Shown piece after piece: positions 47,301 to 49,752 of a DNA stretch of 49,752 nt; position 1 is the first letter of the stretch, and the number at the start of each line of letters is the position of its first letter. A program made the translations under genes and the position numbers. Below the pieces are notes generated by a model. It did not search any database, had not been told where the DNA came from, and saw only the letters and a program-made list of their open reading frames with translations. The DNA is from Octopus bimaculoides (Eukaryota): positions 61,264,985 through 61,314,736 of the forward strand of contig NC_068989.1 of NCBI RefSeq assembly GCF_001194135.2, given 5' to 3'.

Positions 47301-49129
47301 CATTAACCAAAATATATGAAGTGCTGTCATCAAATGAAAACAAAGAATTAATTATTCTGCATTATTCTACATTATTATTTCTTGAATGATCGTATGATAC
47401 TTCGGAAAAATATTTGCGTATTCGAATGGAAGAAATAAATAAGGAAAGCGTTCGGGAAAATGGTTTGTTTTGCCCAGGACATATTAGTGTCCTTCTTGCT
47501 TTCATTCAATGACATCGTAGTTCATAATTTGCTTAACAACTCAACTGCATTGACGAAAGGATTTTTCATATTTCAGTGGTTTTAGCAAAATACAATATTC
47601 TCTATAAAATATTCTTGCCTAGAAATATGTGGATTATTTAGGTATTAATTACAATTCTGGCTCTTTTATTTAATTCCAGTAGTTGAGCCGTCTTACTACG
47701 GGGTTTTGTAAGGTTGACGTATGTCACGTGCCTGACGAGATTTCATCAAATTATACGTGTTATAGAAGTATATCCTGTAATTCTTAATGCTTATAATATA
47801 AATTTTTATTTTTGCTAGAAAATACAGACGACTAAAAAAACAATTATATATTGTAAACTATGATTAAATCATTGTTAACTCCTACATTTGAAGAACTATT
47901 TCTCGTTTAGAATAAAACACAATAAGAAATTTTAGCACTAATTTATATATGGGTATCAGACAATAAGCATTTGCATGAAATGTTAGCAAAGTAGAAGTAA
48001 AAGTAACATCGTGTGTTCTAACAAAGGAATACATTTCTATGCATGACAAGAAGAAAAAAGTATTTGTTATGAGAATATTATATATTAATCTCAGCGTTTA
48101 GCTATATTATGTATGGGGAGATAGGATTCCTTTCAACATGTGTGATAATTTTATGTCTTACTATGCTGTCATTGACACCATACAAGTATTCACTCCGAGG
48201 AATGTGTTCGTGAATTAGTTTCGTTTGAAGATGCAGAGAAAAGCAGATTACTAAGAAGTTGCGGTTAATAAAAAGTTGCGCAGCGTGTTTTACGATAGTA
48301 TGAAAGGGGAGAAATCTGCAGGGAAACATAAATGAAAGATGCATATCAACATTAATATAACATTCCATAGGCGGTGAACATGTAATACTTCAAAGATGAC
48401 AGATGAAAAATATAGAGAGCGCAGAAACTATTTTCGTACGTCACACCATAAGAGGATGACACTAGATTTATACAGAAATATTGTGTCGTAGAAGAAAGAG
48501 ACGTCTCTTATTGAATACGAAACTGCAGTGTTTGAAACTGCGAAAATGAGACGAAGGCAAGCGTATATATAGATATGATGATCGATACCATATATTAACC
48601 TGTTGCATTATAATTACTTTAATTACAAGAGACCAATAAATTCGAATATATTTCTGAAATGATGTATTATATATAACAATTTCTGTAAAATAATAGAACT
48701 TTAATGTAGATTCAAGAAGTAAACAAATTCCAGTGTATGTGCATGCAATTAAGCTATGATTTAAAATAACTATAATGTATGCTGCACGTAATTGTTGACA
48801 GCTAGAATCCCTCTCCTTTATTCAGAAGATTTTTAAAATTCTGATTTACCTCATGCTTATTAACAGTATTTTTCTAAGAGATAGAAAAAACTATTGCTAA
48901 CATGAAATGTGTTGAAAACCTAATAACCTGTTTTGGTCATTAAACTGTGGCCATGAGGAGGGGGGTACCGACTTCAAGAAATATTACAGTTGCTGAAAAC
49001 TTACTATGCATGACATTTTAACACCTTATTTGTGTCTCTGCATAACTATCTGTTGTTCTTTCGGTTTACTTTTTGGTCCTGCTTGAGGTTTTTCTCATCG
49101 TAGAAGAATCAAAACATGCGTACATTTGG

Positions 49130-49600
49130 TTTGCGCGGATCGAACTATTCTCTCTGATGCCATACGACATATACAATCCTCTCTTCATCATATACGACTT
49201 GTAATTGATGCCAAAATGCACAACTCTTCAAATAGAGGATTCTGATAATTCGAGGCTTAAATTGATACGCAACAGATTTTATCGATTATATCATGGTGTT
49301 TTTTATACAGAGTTGTGTTCAGCTGGTAGTACAACACTATGAATGTATTTTGAATTTAGCATTTAACTGCTGATATTGTACCCCTGTCAGCAGCGTCGAG
49401 TTCCTTCCGGACTTTCACATCACAAGACTGGGTATCATCATTCAGGAAGCGAGCTCTCACTGTATCACTATGCTGTGTTTTTGTATGTTGTTATGGGGGT
49501 GGTCGATGTCCTCTTTTCTCTCGCCTACTCCACTTAACTAATCTGGGAAAATATCGTGTATGGTGTGAAACACCAATTCGTCTTAGGTTTCTTATTTAAA
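49130..49600 (-). mobile_element. Degenerate Tc1-like transposase remnant
   Basis: Minus-strand patches GHRPP.TT (GRP linker), VRKELDAADRGTIS (HTH-like), KKTP (RKKPLL-like) and QVVYDEE (V.WSDE-like). Confidence 0.35.
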
Positions 49601-49679
49601 GTTAGGTCAATCATACATATCCAAAATGTATGTATATACAGTTAGAACTTGGTTGGCGCGCTCACCAAACCGTGGCATA

Positions 49680-49721
49680 CACACACATATATATATATAT
49701 ATACATACATACATATATATA

Positions 49722-49752
<31 letters not shown>
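49680..49752. repeat. (CA)/(TA)/(TACA) microsatellite
   Basis: Read directly. Confidence 0.95.

Noticed and set aside
47725-47760. Hammerhead-like CTGACGA-GAT-TTC-ATC-AAA with CACGT/ACGTG flanks
   Set aside because: It lacks the G of GAAA, has no credible stem III or NUH site, and has two extra bases before the core; chance or too decayed to call.

Overview
This is AT-rich, microsatellite-dense eukaryotic DNA from a gapped scaffold with five N-runs. The SINE, LINE and microsatellite make-up suggests an octopus or other cephalopod genome; that is an inference from pattern recognition, not a database result. I found no intact host protein-coding gene, rRNA, genuine tRNA or CRISPR array, and most ORFs in the track are translations of microsatellites or N-gaps. 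The window is mostly decayed mobile elements: a hAT transposase pseudogene (~11.6-14.2 kb), a pile-up of R4/Dong-type REL-LINE fragments (~21.2-27.3 kb), a fold-back mariner remnant (~30.3-30.9 kb), old CR1/L2-like and Tc1-like relics, a probable Helitron N-terminus with 23-aa STPR-like repeats (~5 kb), and about 16 copies or fragments of one tRNA-derived SINE family, six of them in a head-to-tail array at 18.4-19.75 kb. The most interesting signal is a set of Penelope-like elements (PLEs) carrying hammerhead ribozyme motifs. A 1.24-kb PLE (RT plus GIY-YIG remnant) sits inside a SINE with a perfect 12-bp target-site duplication and has inverted terminal repeats, each with a minimal type I hammerhead. 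Its right terminus is preceded by a tRNA-Arg-like Pol III head, which could be a PLE-mobilised, ribozyme-bearing SINE. A second, different and nearly intact hammerhead lies at 40523-40571. Boundaries of degenerate elements are approximate, and all alignments and translations were done by eye.
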